The notes under the pieces are model-generated. The model had not been told where the DNA came from. It searched no databases and saw only the letters and a program-made list of their open reading frames with translations. A stretch of DNA of 64,000 nucleotides from Podarcis filfolensis (Eukaryota), in the NCBI GenBank assembly GCA_964270895.1, contig OZ185443.1. The stretch is one strand, 5' to 3'. Numbering within the stretch: position 1 is the first letter of the stretch; each line of letters opens with the position of its first letter. Position numbers and translations under genes: made by a program. This document shows, piece after piece, positions 12,853-25,382 of this stretch.

Positions 12853-13290
12853 TTTCTTTATACCCCGCCCTCCCTGGCTCAGGGCGGCTAACACCAGTAA
12901 AATTACAGTAAAAACATAATAGGGAAAAAAAACCCAATTTAAAATACGGGTTAAAATGCAATTTAAAATGCAGCCTCATTTTAAAAGTAGCCCATAGATC
13001 AAAACCATAAGGGGAGGGAAATATAAGGGTCAGACTGAGTCCAAAGCAAAGGCCAGGCGGAACAGCTCCGTCTTGCAGGCCCTGTGGAAAGATGTCAAGT
13101 CCCGCAGGGCCCTAGTCTCTTGTGACAGAGCGTTCCACCAAGTCGGGGCCAGTACTGAAAAGGCCCTGGCCTTAGTTGAGACCAATCTAACCACCTTGCA
13201 GCTTGGGACCTCCAAAGTGTTGTTATTTGTGGACCTTAAGGTCCTCCGCGGGGCATACCAGGAGAGGTGGTCCTGTAGGTACGTGGACCT
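12849..13290 (-). mobile_element. L2 LINE 3' fragment
   Basis: Encodes RAFSVLAPTWWNALSQETRALRDLTSFHRACKTELFRLAF, then a 3'UTR and (TTA)n tail. Confidence 0.85.
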
Positions 13291-13991
13291 ATGAGTTCCT
13301 TCTGAAAGAAAGCCCTGGTTTTAATGAGCTAAAATGCTTCAACACACATTCATGAATAGTATAACAAAAGACTGTGAAATGCAAGGTGTTGCAGTTGTTG
13401 GCATCCATCTATTTCAAGAGACAATGGAGTGCGCCTCTGGGGGTGAAGTAAAACCACTTCGTTAGCGGCACTGACGTGACCTCCCTGGGGCACAAGCCTG
13501 GCAGTGTGTATGGAGGTCCTGAGCTGCCCAGACGACAGGACCTTCCTCTCAGCCTTGCTGATGTGGTCCAAAGGAAAGCAGAGCAATATGTTTGGCATCA
13601 GCTTGGCTGCAAGAGCTGCTGGAAGGAGGTGTACAAGACTGCCTTAGGGCTTCACTCTGGATTTGTGTAGGGTTTTCTCTTTCGCCTTTTCTTCTCGCAA
13701 AGATATCCCACAAGGCAGCAGAGGTTCAGGATCGGTTTTCCATCTCCTAGATGGGCTGCCTTCCCAGGTTGACAAGCCCATCTGCCCCCTCATTTCTGCA
13801 CATGCAGAAACCACCTTCTTCACTGTTGGACCCACTATTGGTTTAATCCGCTCAATCTCCCAGAGCTTGTCTTCACATGCAGGGGAAGTCCCTCCCTAAC
13901 TCACTGAGGGTTTGCAACCCATCAGCTACCCTCACTTCATTTAGCCAGCCAGTAGAAGCCATTTCCCAGGGTGTGGCTGCTGTTGCATGCC

Positions 13992-14126
13992 GACGGCTCA
14001 GTTAGTAGAGCGTAATCTCATGGCTGTGGGTTTGAGCCCCATGTTGGGTGAAAGATTCCTGCATTGCAGGGGGTTAGACTACATGATCCTTGTGGTCCCT
14101 TCCAGCTCTATAATTCTATGATTCTA
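13992..14126 (+). mobile_element. SINE with tRNA-Lys(CTT)-like head and CR1-derived tail
   Basis: gctcagttagtagagc..aatctca.ggctgtgggtttgagccccatgttggg, then cctgcattgcagggggttagac...attctatgattct. Confidence 0.75.
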
Positions 14127-14328
14127 GGACCCACAGCTGAGAACAGAGTGCAGGGTGGGGACCAAAGGTGGCTGAAGTACCCCAGAAGGAACACAATGTG
14201 TCCTCCATCAGATCTGACGTTTCTACATAGACCCTACATTCTACATAGAGTATTGGTTTATCTATTACTTAACTTGTTTGAAGGTTCCTCTCTGCTGTCT
14301 AAAAAGAAAAGAAAAGCTTTCTGTACAT

Positions 14329-14483
14329 NNNNNNNNNNNNNNNNNNNNNNNNNNNNNNNNNNNNNNNNNNNNNNNNNNNNNNNNNNNNNNNNNNNNNNNN
14401 NNNNNNNNNNNNNNNNNNNNNNNNNNNNNNNNNNNNNNNNNNNNNNNNNNNNNNNNNNNNNNNNNNNNNNNNNNNNNNNNNNN
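14329..14483. other. Assembly gap (155 N)
   Basis: Run of N. Confidence 0.99.
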
Positions 14484-15487
14484 CAAATTGGGAGACTTTC
14501 ATTGTACATCTTGACATGAAACCCCTCTCCTGTTTCCATATGAACCCCCTGCACCACTTATTTGATTCAGATGTACTGCTTCAGGAGAAGGGCTGAAGCT
14601 CAGTGGCAGAACACATGCTTTGAATGCAGAAGGCCCCAGATCCAACCTCTGGCATCTCCAAGCAGGGCTCTTGCCAGAAAAGTGTAGACAATGCTAAGCT
14701 AGATGAACTCATTTGGCACAAGACAGCTTCCTATCTACCTTGTTTCTGTTCGCAGGATATATTGCCCTCTCATTTTTGTTTGTGTGGCATAACCCTCAGC
14801 ACTCCCTGTCCTCAAACACCTTCCTACCAGCCAAAGCTTTTGAGGCCCCGCTCCCCATCCCCCATCCTAATTCTACAGAATATCTTTTCTATGAGTTTTT
14901 CCTGTTTGGTGCATCCATCTTGCTTTCAGAATATAGCCAGGTTCTTTGTTTTTCCGTATGTGTGTTCGTTCCCCTAATTTTGGCCCTTGGGATATTGCAG
15001 GTTGCAAAATGAAATATTGTTTCCAGAGAGGGGAATTTAGAATAGTGCACAAAGTGATAATAAACGTAGACTGTTTAGGGGAGAGAGGAGAGGAGAGGAT
15101 GTGCAGATCTCATTCAGCTTTTGGAGACAGTTGCCACCATTCATTAAAGTGGCCTGAAAGAGTCACAGTTAAACGATGCCAGGCACTTCCTCTAGTGCTG
15201 TCCAGGTTGCCTTTTCAGCAGAACTCTCCGTTCCTCTTGCCCAAAGGAGGCCATTGAATAGGACTTTAGGTCACCCGTTTTTCTGGCTTCACTTGAGCCT
15301 CTCAGTAGACACCAAATTTAACCCTGTGCTGTTATCTTCAAGTCGATAACCAATGCTTTATTTGTTTTCTCTTCCTGTGTGTTGCAGTGTATTTATTAAA
15401 TCCTTCCATGCCATCTACCTATTTATCTATCTATCTGTCTATCTGGCTTCAGCCAAAGCGGTGCAAAGGAAAAGTTGCATCAGGCTG

Positions 15488-16073
15488 TGTCAGGAGCGAG
15501 CCAGGAGTAAATCACACTGTGCAAGTTGGAGTTAACTCCTTATCAGCAAAAACAGGGTCTGCAGAGGCGTGTCAGGCCTAATGAGCACAGCAACTCATTT
15601 CCGCTGGTCTTGCCCCATGAAACAGTTTCTAAGACTGAAGGTCCCCACTTCCCCACAGATGCCTCCTTTCCAGAGTTTCCCCCTTAAGCAAACAGTACAT
15701 TGCCAATCTCTTCTCCTCCCTTTCCATGCCTCTTCTGGTTCTGGGAGACCACTGGGGAAAGGAACTTGTTCAGCAGGAGGGGGAGACATCTGTGACTCTT
15801 CACCAGCTGGACTTCATTCTGCCTCTTGGCTTCCCTCCTCCTACCCTCCTGCTTCAGCTTCTGCCTCTGATATGGACTTCTCTCTCCAACAGACTCTCCT
15901 AGCTCACTAAGTCCTGTAACCTCCTCAGTTTCCAAACCACCTCCTCCCAGTCTTCTCCCTTTGACCACTCATCATTGTCCCACCACCACTCCTCAAGCTC
16001 TGAGCCTTCTTCCCTTGGGGGTTCCCCAGTTGGTTCTTCCCGCCATTGCTCTGTGTCCAACCAGTTCATGACA
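15488..16073 (-). mobile_element. Solo LTR (586 bp), probably Gypsy-like; related fragment at 55267-55320
   Basis: Termini tgtca...tgaca, 5-bp TSD ggctg / agctg (one mismatch). Degenerate polyA signal gataaggagttaac on the minus strand near the 3' end. Confidence 0.65.
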
Positions 16074-17354
16074 AGCTGCATCAGTCAATGTGGTACATAA
16101 TAAAGTCCTTGGATAGTTTCCAGCACTTCATACGAGGAGTTGGGCTTGCTCAGTGGGAATTGCTCTTCCTCACCTTCTTCTCCATGCACCACCAAAATCT
16201 GTTCAGCAGGGTCCTCCAACCCTTTGGAACAGATTTTGTGGGTGAATGGAGTGGAGACTGCAGAGGAGAGGTGGGTGGAAGTGTTGTTGTGGAAGCAGAC
16301 ATTAGCTATGCTAGTGGAATCTGCCTTAAACCCTAAGTTTATTATTTTTAATAGCTTCTCTAAAAAATGCCACCTAACAAGTAGTGCCCATCATTCCATA
16401 CTGTGGTTGTGAACTCCACTTGCGACTGAACTGCTGTGTGAATAAATAGTTCCTTTTGGGTGTCCCAAACCTCCTGCCAATCAGCATAATGATAAGAACG
16501 CAATATAAGTTCATCTTAGTTTAGGAGCCACACTGTGCCATATTTGTTTACTTGGTTTGGAACAAGTCCCACATGAAATTGGCTTTAATTTGCAGATTTG
16601 CCTTTTTCAGTCACTGTGATAGGCTCAATATTTACTGAGCCCAAGCACCGAAGCGATTTTGGTTTGAAGGAAAGCGGCTGATGACACTTAGAGATATCCA
16701 GCTGCTGCTTGAGTTTATGAGATGCACACCTTCAGATAAACACATTTCCATCACTGCCGGTGTATGTTTGTTTATCTGCAATTCTCCGCCCTAAAGCCTT
16801 GAGAAACGAGTGGGTAAAACCAGGATTATCTGGCCACATCAAAGATATTTCATGTTTGTGTTCTATGTGAAATTAAGGCAAAGAGATTCACTGCTAAGAC
16901 AGGATGATGGGTCATCAGATTATGGAGCAAACATCTGACTAAGTTTTATATAGGTGTTTTTCTCTATGATACTAAAATGCTTTCAGCATTTCCTTCATCG
17001 CTGGCATTTTATTTTTTTTACTCTTTTTGGCCGAAGTCTGGGATAAAGATGCATCAAATAATATGTCATAAATAATTATAAATAAATAATCATAAATAAA
17101 TCTGTTGGCTAGAATGCACATTCATTTTTTAAACTGGATCACATCTTCTCTATTTCCTTTATTAACAACATTTATACTTCTGTGTGGTCTGGCAGTTTTT
17201 TTTATATATATTCTTGATAATCAAGTCCTGTGTTGTCATTTCTTCTAGTGCTCATGAGTTTAGAGCGAAGTTTGAAATGTGAAGGCAAAAAAAAATATTG
17301 CTGATGGATCCATTCTTATGGCATCTGCTTGCATGTTGGCTGCAGGAACCAGGC

Positions 17355-17504
17355 AGGCCCCACAAATAACCCAGAGATGCATTTTAAATAAAAGCACACA
17401 TTCTACTCATGTAAAAACACACTGATTCCCGGACCGTTTGCGGGCCAGATTGAGAAGGCGATTGGGCTGGATCTGGCCCCCGGGCCTTAGTTTGTCTACC
17501 CATG
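17355..17504. mobile_element. hAT (Charlie-like) terminal fragment
   Basis: gcgggccagattgagaaggcgattgggctggatctggcccccgggccttagtttgtctacccatg, a typical hAT right end. Confidence 0.6.
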
Positions 17505-17593
17505 GACTACATGACTCCCAGCTCTAGAACTCGTATTATTCTATTATTGCAGTTGTCTCTTAAATTGTCAGCTGTTGGTTTCCTCATTCAGTA

Positions 17594-17844
17594 CAGTGGT
17601 ACCTTGGTTACGAACTTAATCTGTTCCGGAAGTCCATTCTTAAACCAAAGCGTTCTTAAACCAAGGTGTGCTTTCCCATAGCAGTGGGGGACTCAATTTA
17701 CAAATGGAACACACTCAACAGGAAGTGAAACATGTTCTGCTTCCAAGGCAAAGTTCACAAACCAAAACACCTACTTCTGGGTTTGCAGCGTTCTTAATCC
17801 AAGTTGTTTGTAAACTAAGCTGTTCTTAAACCAAGGTACCACTG
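17594..17844. mobile_element. Tc1/pogo MITE
   Basis: TIR CAGTGGTACCTTGGTT...AACCAAGGTACCACTG with TA TSD. Confidence 0.88.
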
Positions 17845-20800
17845 TACGTAATGGACATGATTTAATTTGATTGGCTGATTAATCCTATGCTCCAAGGACC
17901 AGAATCCCTTTCTTAGGTCTCTATGCATGATGTATGATTTTTGGAGAGAGAGTAGGGTAATATATGCATGTGGTAAGCACAGGCTTTTAACTTGGATGGT
18001 GAACAGATTGGTTATGTTTGCTTTGCAGCAAACAAACATATGGTTTTGGTAATGTGATACTGGAATGTGTGAATCACTCAGTGATGTTGATGGGGCAGTA
18101 GATTGAAAACAAACTATAGAAAGAACTTCACACCATCATACAGTGTACAATTGACATGAAACGTTTTGATGCTCTAGCATGTCTCTTTGCTCTTGCAAGA
18201 TCTTTGAGATTCCTCCAACCCTGATGGAAATTGCTTTTTGCCTTTGGGTACTTGAGGGCATAACTTCAACACACAAGAGTGGCCTTAGCCGAACTCACAA
18301 GAAACTGCTGACGTGTGTGATCTCTAGATAGCAATTTGTTCATTTTGAAATCCATTGTAGGCATTTGCTACATCTTGCAGATGAAACAAAATAGGTGGGG
18401 TGCATGAGTGAGTTGGGAGTCCTGCTCCATTTGCTTCATTCAGAGCAGCTCCGTTGGAATGAATGAAAGCTCTGAAGAAGCAAAACATTAGTTCTGGGGA
18501 AAGAAGATGCCACAACATGAGTTTAGGAAAAACAAAATCAATGGGATATGTATGCATATGTACATACATAAACTGATAGGTGCTGCCGCGCAATTTTAGA
18601 AAACAGAATGTGCAGAAGTTTTGCAAGTACGTCAGTCTATGGTAGTCATTTGTGGGATAAATGTTCCCTTAAGAGGACAACCTTACTCCTGGCAAGTTAA
18701 CATCTGAAATATTTCAGACCTTTTTATTCCACCAAGGCCATTACTATTTATAAAAATTGATCTTTTATCCCTTTTCAAACCTCTTCTTTTGCTTCCTTTG
18801 GTCTTTTGCTCCCCTATCCCCATAAGTCCACCTGTGGTAGCCACTTACTGCCTAAAACACAGATGATACTTATTTTTTAAAGCTATGTAAAACATTCTGT
18901 GCATGGTGTGCCATTGATTGATTATGAGTCCATGAGATTATGGATATCAGTTTTCTAATATGCTTACAGAGTTGAGGCAGTAACAAAAAAGAGAGGAAAA
19001 GTTGTACACCTAATGGCTGTTCTTCTCATTAATGCTACTACCTTTTGGTGGCTAGCTGAGTATGATTTGAAGAGTAGAGGGGGAGTTTAGGCTGGTGGAG
19101 TCTGTGTGCGACACATGCAGGTCAAAGAGGAAGAGGGAAAGGTTGGTAGTTCATTACTTCGGGTTAATTGGAGCTCTAGCTTGTAACTTGGGCTTGGGAC
19201 TTGCGGTGTTTGCTCTCAGCACATCCTGTTCCCTCCAGCGGCCAACATGAAAATATGCTGTTCTTGCTAAAGAGAGCATGTAAATAACCAATGAACGGCC
19301 CATTAATCCACAGTGGCACTAAAAAGACCAGTGCGGTGAAGTTTGAGCTGCGGCAGACCTTGTGACCCAGCAAATTCCGCATTTGGATTTTGGACTTTTA
19401 ATGTGCATGTTTTAAACGCACAACTGAGGCTTAAATAGAGAGGGAGGGGGAATCTGTGTTAACATGGTATCCAATTTTAATGCGTCTGGGCATGAGTGCA
19501 TTCAGTTTTACCAGAGTAGCACGCGGTATAGTTTTTTCTGGGATGTGCAGCAGCAAGTGCGGAAGGGCTTTCATTTATTTATGTATTTATTTAAAAGCAT
19601 TTCTAAGGTGCTTAATGCGTGTGTGTTTTTAAAGAAATCCCTAACTGGCATATAAAAATAACACAAAAGCAATAATAGCAGTGAAACACCCTTGTAAGAA
19701 CAGGCAAAAACAGGAATAAAATCAACCAATCTTGTGGGTCAGGAGAAGCTTGGGCAAAGAAAATGCATCCTCACACGGCATCTGGAGCAGATAATAGTTG
19801 ATGCTGTGTGCACAGCAGAGGGGAGGCCATTTCACAGGGCAGGGGCAATTGTAGGAAAGGGGTTTTGCTTAGCTTTCTCCCTAGAGGGGGGACAGGCGAG
19901 TAGCATTCTAACATGCAGTCTGCTACCTGCAAGCTAGAAAAGGAATAGGGAAGGAAGGGTCATGTGCCACTTTTGTGCGACTGAATGGCACTCAGACACT
20001 ACTCAAATTGAGCACCTTCCTCAGGGCTCCCTGACACTGTGTGAGGTTCAGAGGCTGGGTCAGAATTCAAAGGCTTTTCGTGCTCTAGGAGCAAAAAAGT
20101 GTTGTCCATTCTCTATGAAGAAGGCATGCCTGAGCCCATGCTTTGATACTTATCAGAAGTTAAGTGAAGACTTTTGTTTTTGTTTTTGTTGGGTAGGCTT
20201 TTTTGAATATATGTACAACATTACTGGGATAATTGGTAGTGTATTGCTTTGCTGCATCCAGACACTGTCTCTAGACCTGCACATCCATTCCTGATTCAGA
20301 TGTGACCTGGAACAAGAGCTAGGTGTCACCAGCATGCTCAAGACTTTGTCCTTCAGGTCTGCTGATGGCCTGTCTCAACAGCTTCATATGTATATATTAA
20401 ATAGCATTATGGACTAAATACATGGCTCCTACGCTCAAATAAATATTGGCCACTGGCATGAACTGAACTCTGTGTTTCCTCAGACCCTAATGCCCTGTTC
20501 AATTGTTATCCTCCTCTTGTGGTTGCTACCCTGTGAAGTGGGGTGAAGTGGGGAGAAGCCTGTTGCTCCTTCCCCCTCCTGCATTTCTCCTCCTACCATG
20601 CCACACATGTTTGGGGCTGAACAGCTGTAGCATGGAGCTTGCTGAAGTCAAACAGATTCAGAATCCGTATCTTCTAACCACATGGGTAGTGTTACTGAGA
20701 GAAAGAGGCTCCTTGCTGCTGATGTTCAGCCCCCTGAGATGTTGGAGGTTGCAGGAAATGCAGCGTGGACATGCAGGAGGGACAGGGCCTGTGAGCTGGT

Positions 20801-21749
20801 TCCTATTTCCCTCTCGCATGGTGGCAATTGTACGTGTATGTGAATGCTCAAATAGGCCTTATGCATAAATCTCTGTATGGAAGGTTGGTGCCCAGAGAAG
20901 AGGCACTGCCCAGGCTTGGTACAAGGGCAAGCAGGTAACAGCGTGAAGCAGGGATAGCCAATAGGATGCTATCAGCCCCAGCCTGCATGGCCAGTGGTAT
21001 GGGATGATAGCCCATGCATGTAGTGCAAGTCTAAAGTCAGCACCTTGGTCAGCGCATGGTGGGAGTCAGAGATGAGACTAGGCTCACTGGCAGGCCCTTG
21101 AATAGAAAACAAATAACCTGGAGACTTCTGAAGCAGGGAGGTGTGTGTTCTAGGTCTTGCTTCCTTGTTCTAGGTCTTGTGTGTTCTAGGTCTTGCTTCT
21201 TGGTGAAATTGGCTGTGCTCTGTTCTTGGGGCATCCTGCAGTGCCTCCTGATGCATTTTGGAATGTCTTGGCATGGAAAGCAGGATCCCCAGAAGTGAGG
21301 GAGTTTCTGTGAGGAAGAGTTGGTGCTGGATGACAGAGTAAGCAACCTTGCCTGGAAAAAGGAGATGGAGGTACCACAGCCCTTTCTTCCTCCTGCTAGA
21401 GGGAGAGGGCCTCTCTATTTTTGAAGAGGGTCCAGGACTCTCTTACTGATGTGGAAGTGTCTGGGTTGAGGCCCTGTCCCATGGGAATGAGATACATTTC
21501 AACTACGGAAAGAGGGAACGGTTCGGTCAAGCTTGAATATTTCCCAACCCTCGCCCAATTTGAATGAGTTGAATTCTGAGTTTTTATCCATCCAAGTTGC
21601 TCCATCCTTTCCCTTCCCAGATTTCCTGTGGGTTTAATAACTCTTTTGCAAATGCCTTGACCTGGTCATGACCAGGTAGCATTTTGAGAAAGTCTCAGCA
21701 TAGTCAGCGTTCCACACCACCTGCCAAAAGGTGACACCAGCCCTGCATA

Positions 21750-21972
21750 TTTTATTTACTATTACTACCTTATTTTTTGCACCCTGACCATCTGACTGGG
21801 TTGCCCCAGCCATTCCAGGCTGCTTCCAACAAAAATACAAAGACACAGCAGAACATCGCACATTAAAACTTCCCGATACAGGGCTGCCTTCAGATGTCTC
21901 TGGAAGATTATATAGTTATTTATCTCTTTGACATCTGACAGGAGGGCATTCCACAGCGGGGAGAGCACCACT
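21750..21972 (-). mobile_element. L2 3' fragment (same family as 10070); further L2 piece at 22195-22345
   Basis: Minus-strand frame PLWNALLSDVKEINNYIIFQRHLKAALYREV. Confidence 0.78.
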
Positions 21973-23997
21973 AAAAATACACTACTTGTATTGTTTCAAA
22001 AAGCAATACAAGTCTAATTTTACAGAACTTGAATCGAAATCGGGAGCTGTGAGAGAGTAGACAACAGTTAACTATTCATTTCATTTATGAATCGCTTCCT
22101 ATAAAACATTCTGAAGTGTATATACTCTCTACTAACAAGGCTTGTTGGAAATGGAAGGTTTTCAATAGGCACAGAAAAAAGACCCACTTCCTTACGTCAT
22201 ATAGAAAGGGCCTCCTGGTGAGATGTGATCAGCAGGAGTGATTGGCCGGGTATATAAGGGGCAAGACAATCTTTTAGGTAGTCTGGTCCTGAGCTGTGTA
22301 TGGCTCCGTACATTAGTACCAGCACCCTGAAGAGAATAGGCATAAAAAGAGTTTGGAGATAGCTCAGGATCCAGGATTCCATGTCAGACAGAATTCCTCC
22401 TCAAGTTCATGTCTTCTGCTCCCCCTTGCTGACTCACATGTATGAATCAGAAAACAGAGGTCAGCAGCTGAGGTGCAGAAGGCGAGAACTTTTAGCTGAA
22501 GTTTTGTTGCTGCCCCTGCTTGTGGTGGAAGGGACCCGTTGCCCTCTTGGTTTGCATGGGAAAGGAGTAAATATAGCTTGCTCTTTGACCCTTTTGTTCT
22601 GTTCAAAATATGACCCCCTGTGTAAAATAATAATAATAATTCTATCATCTATCTATCTAAAGTTGGTGACCAAGGCAAAATGCAGATGTAAATAATGGAC
22701 ACGGGGACCCTTGAATTTTAGATGGACTGCTGAGCGAATTGTCAGTTACATCAGCACCAGGCTAGAAAGAACTACTTGGATTTGTCTTGAGTCAGAAGAT
22801 ATTGGCAAAGTTTTCAGTTCTTTAGCTTGGATGCATGTAATTAATACAGTATTGTGCTTTGATTCACCAGGTGGGTTTACAAAACAACTACCTCTCCTCT
22901 CACTAAAAGGTTTTTTTTATGATCCCTGTCTCCCCCAATCTCTCCCCCCCCACCTTCAGTTAGAATGGATCTTGATCCTATTCTGTGTTTTAAAAACAGA
23001 AACAGAATAGGTTTGATATTCTTGTCTTGTTTGTCTCACGATGGGAAACTTTTGTGGCAACAGGAAACCAGGGAGAAAATTGTATTTAAAAAGCTGTTGT
23101 TGTTATTGTTGTTTTAAGTAAGAGTTCTTTAGACTATAGTTGCAACTCCTGATTTGCTCAACCCACTCTTAGTCTAGGAACTGGATCTTGATTGAGTTTT
23201 CATAGCTGTTACTTTAATTATTTTCTCCTCCGTTACATTATTTTTTAAAAATAAACTAATTAAAATTATATCCACATATTGTACTAACTCAGTAATCCAA
23301 AAAACCTCCACGTGTTGCAGTAACACAGCAGTCCAAATTAACCTAAAAGTACACAAACCAGACATAATGAGTGCACAGTGTCCTGAAACTAAAGAATACC
23401 AAGTATAATCCAAGGAAAAAAGGAAAAGAAAAACACAGAAGCAGAATGCAACAACACCTCCTGAAAATGCTTAATTAACAACAACAACAACAACAGCGAA
23501 GCCATGTATATAAGAACCATAACTATGAAAATATATCGGTGAAAGAAGAAAGTTGAACCCAAATAAAATCCTTAAAAGCAAAGGATGATATCACTATGCC
23601 AATCTTGTAGTTTTATCTGTTTTGGAAGCAGTTTAGGTTGAAAGGTGGGACATAATTGTCCTAGGCTTGTGGCTTTTTTCCATTAGAACATGTTATAGTC
23701 ATGCAATGTAGGGAGAAAAGACATGGGACAAAGGCTTTTCTGAGTTTTCCAGTAAATCTAAAGAATGGCACAAGGTGTGGTAAGCTCAGGCTGACAGCCC
23801 AAGGAGACTGCAGAAGTAACTTCCAGTGACTTGTTTCCAGATGAAACATATATCAAGACCCAGATGCCCAAAGAGTCTGAACCAGGGATTCCCAGAACTT
23901 TGACATGCACACTTGCTTTCTGAGTTAAAATACGGGAGGTACATTTTACCCTTGCAGCCCAAAGGAGTAAGAAGATGAGAACAACTCACTTTTGAGC

Positions 23998-24135
23998 AGG
24001 GTTGGGGAATCTATGGCCCTCCAAAAGTTGCAGAATTACATCTCCCATCATCCATGATTGTTGGCTGTGCTGGCTGGGGTTGTTAGGAGCTGGAGTCCAC
24101 CAGCAATATCTGGAGGGCTACAGGTTCCTGTATGT
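23998..24135. mobile_element. Degraded hAT palindromic MITE; similar relics at 12565-12655, 37400-37530, 38325-38450
   Basis: ggccctcca...ctcccatcatcc...atatctggagggctacaggttcc. Confidence 0.6.
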
Positions 24136-24789
24136 ATTTGACAGCTTTAAACACAATCAGTCAATTAGGCATGCAGTTATTCCTTTGGGTCTGGTATGAA
24201 AAAGAACATCTTAACAGTGGTCTTTCCCCCCTCTAATTTTGAACAGTAGCTTTCATCAAATGCAGCATCTTAAAGAAGTGGCACTTGCTGAGTGTTAGGT
24301 GATGTGGAAATGCCTTTAAACATAAGTTGCTTGGATGGTTGACGGTTAGTTGCAGTTGGAGATGCCTGAGCAAAATGTTAAAACAGCAAGACATTACAGA
24401 GCAGCAGGTGTTAATGGTTCTAGCCTAGGGATGGCATGTTCTAGGTATGGCATGGTATAGCAGGTGTAACCTACATGTGACCAAAACTAGTGTTCTTTTT
24501 AGCTACACCGTGGCTTACCTGTGGATGGGTTGATTGCTTTGTGCCTTTCTGCTCCTTCCCTTTTCCTCACTGTGTTTGATACTTGACTAAATGGACCAGA
24601 GTACACAGCTTCCCATGCAAAAGAAGAGCTGGGCTATTTTGTTAAATGTTCCCTTTTACGCTGGTAATGAGTGTTGCCTCACAAGCCAATGAAAGTTCCA
24701 GCTTTGTACAAACCGGGGGGGGGGGGAGTTGGCAGTGGGAAGCCACTTCCTCTTCCCGAGGTGCCCCCCAAATAGTTTTGGCTGGAACT

Positions 24790-25122
24790 GGTTCTCTGCC
24801 TATAAAGAAAAAGACTTTAAAGGACCTCGGCTGATCAGAGTACTAAAGGTCCCTGGGCATGCACCATAGAGCAAATTGGTGCTGAGCCTGGAAGCTCTCT
24901 CCTGTTTTTTTGGACGAGGAGCTGTGTGGGTCTGCTGTGAACACAGAGCTTAGAGGAGTGGGGGAAGAAGACGCACGTCCTTTTGAACTTTACCCCCAGC
25001 TTGAAAGTTGTTTTCTTTTTTTAAGAAGTAAGTTGTAAGAAAAGAGAGACTTGAGAAGTAGGCACCTAGCAAATAATAATAATAATAATAAAAAGAGCCG
25101 ACAGCCCGCACTCAGAGCTGAG
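24790..25122 (+). promoter_or_regulatory. Candidate intronic promoter and 5'UTR of the NBCe1-A transcript
   Basis: TATAAAG at 24801, about 320 nt upstream of ATG 25123. G-run at about 24715-24726, short uATG ORF at 24859, (AAT)6 at 25072-25089. The TSS cannot be determined from sequence alone. Confidence 0.4.
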
Positions 25123-25382
25123 ATGTCAGATGGAGCAGGCGACGAGGAGAAGCAACCAAATGGATGTGGAGAGAAGGGAAGGGAGAGGAATCGCACCTCC
25201 CTGATCATCCTGCAGTCCGTTAACCGCAGTATTTTCACCTCTGCAGTCTCCCCCGCCGCCGAACGCATCCGCTTCATTTTGGGCGAAGACGATGACAGCC
25301 CTGCGCCACCCCAGCTCTTCACGGAACTGGACGAGCTCCTGGCTGTGGATGGGCAGGAGATGGAATGGAAGGAGACCGCAAG
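25123..25382 (+). CDS. SLC4A4: SLC4A4 NBCe1-A (kidney-type) first coding exon: 42-aa unique N-terminus read through into the shared exon
   Basis: ATG at 25123 gives [51 protein letters not shown]. This matches the recalled human NBCe1-A start [50 protein letters not shown]. Donor AG|GTGAGT at 25383. Spliced A-form length to 59394 is 1368 nt = 456 codons. Confidence 0.85.
25247..25382 (+). CDS. SLC4A4: SLC4A4 shared exon (136 nt), [45 protein letters not shown]
   Basis: Acceptor ttttcacctctgcag| ends at 25246, donor gtgagt. Near-identical to recalled human NBCe1. Confidence 0.97.

Noticed and set aside
14064-14557. ORFs spanning the N-gap
   Set aside because: Artefacts of N codons not being read as stops.
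21140-21200. Three copies of tgttctaggtcttg
   Set aside because: Short local tandem duplication with variable spacers of 6-8 nt. It is not a CRISPR-like array, and the sequence is eukaryotic.
25051-25122. N-terminal extension from TTG 25051 ([12 protein letters not shown]...)
   Set aside because: Non-ATG start running through an (AAT)n microsatellite. ATG 25123 matches the length of the known A-variant N-terminus.
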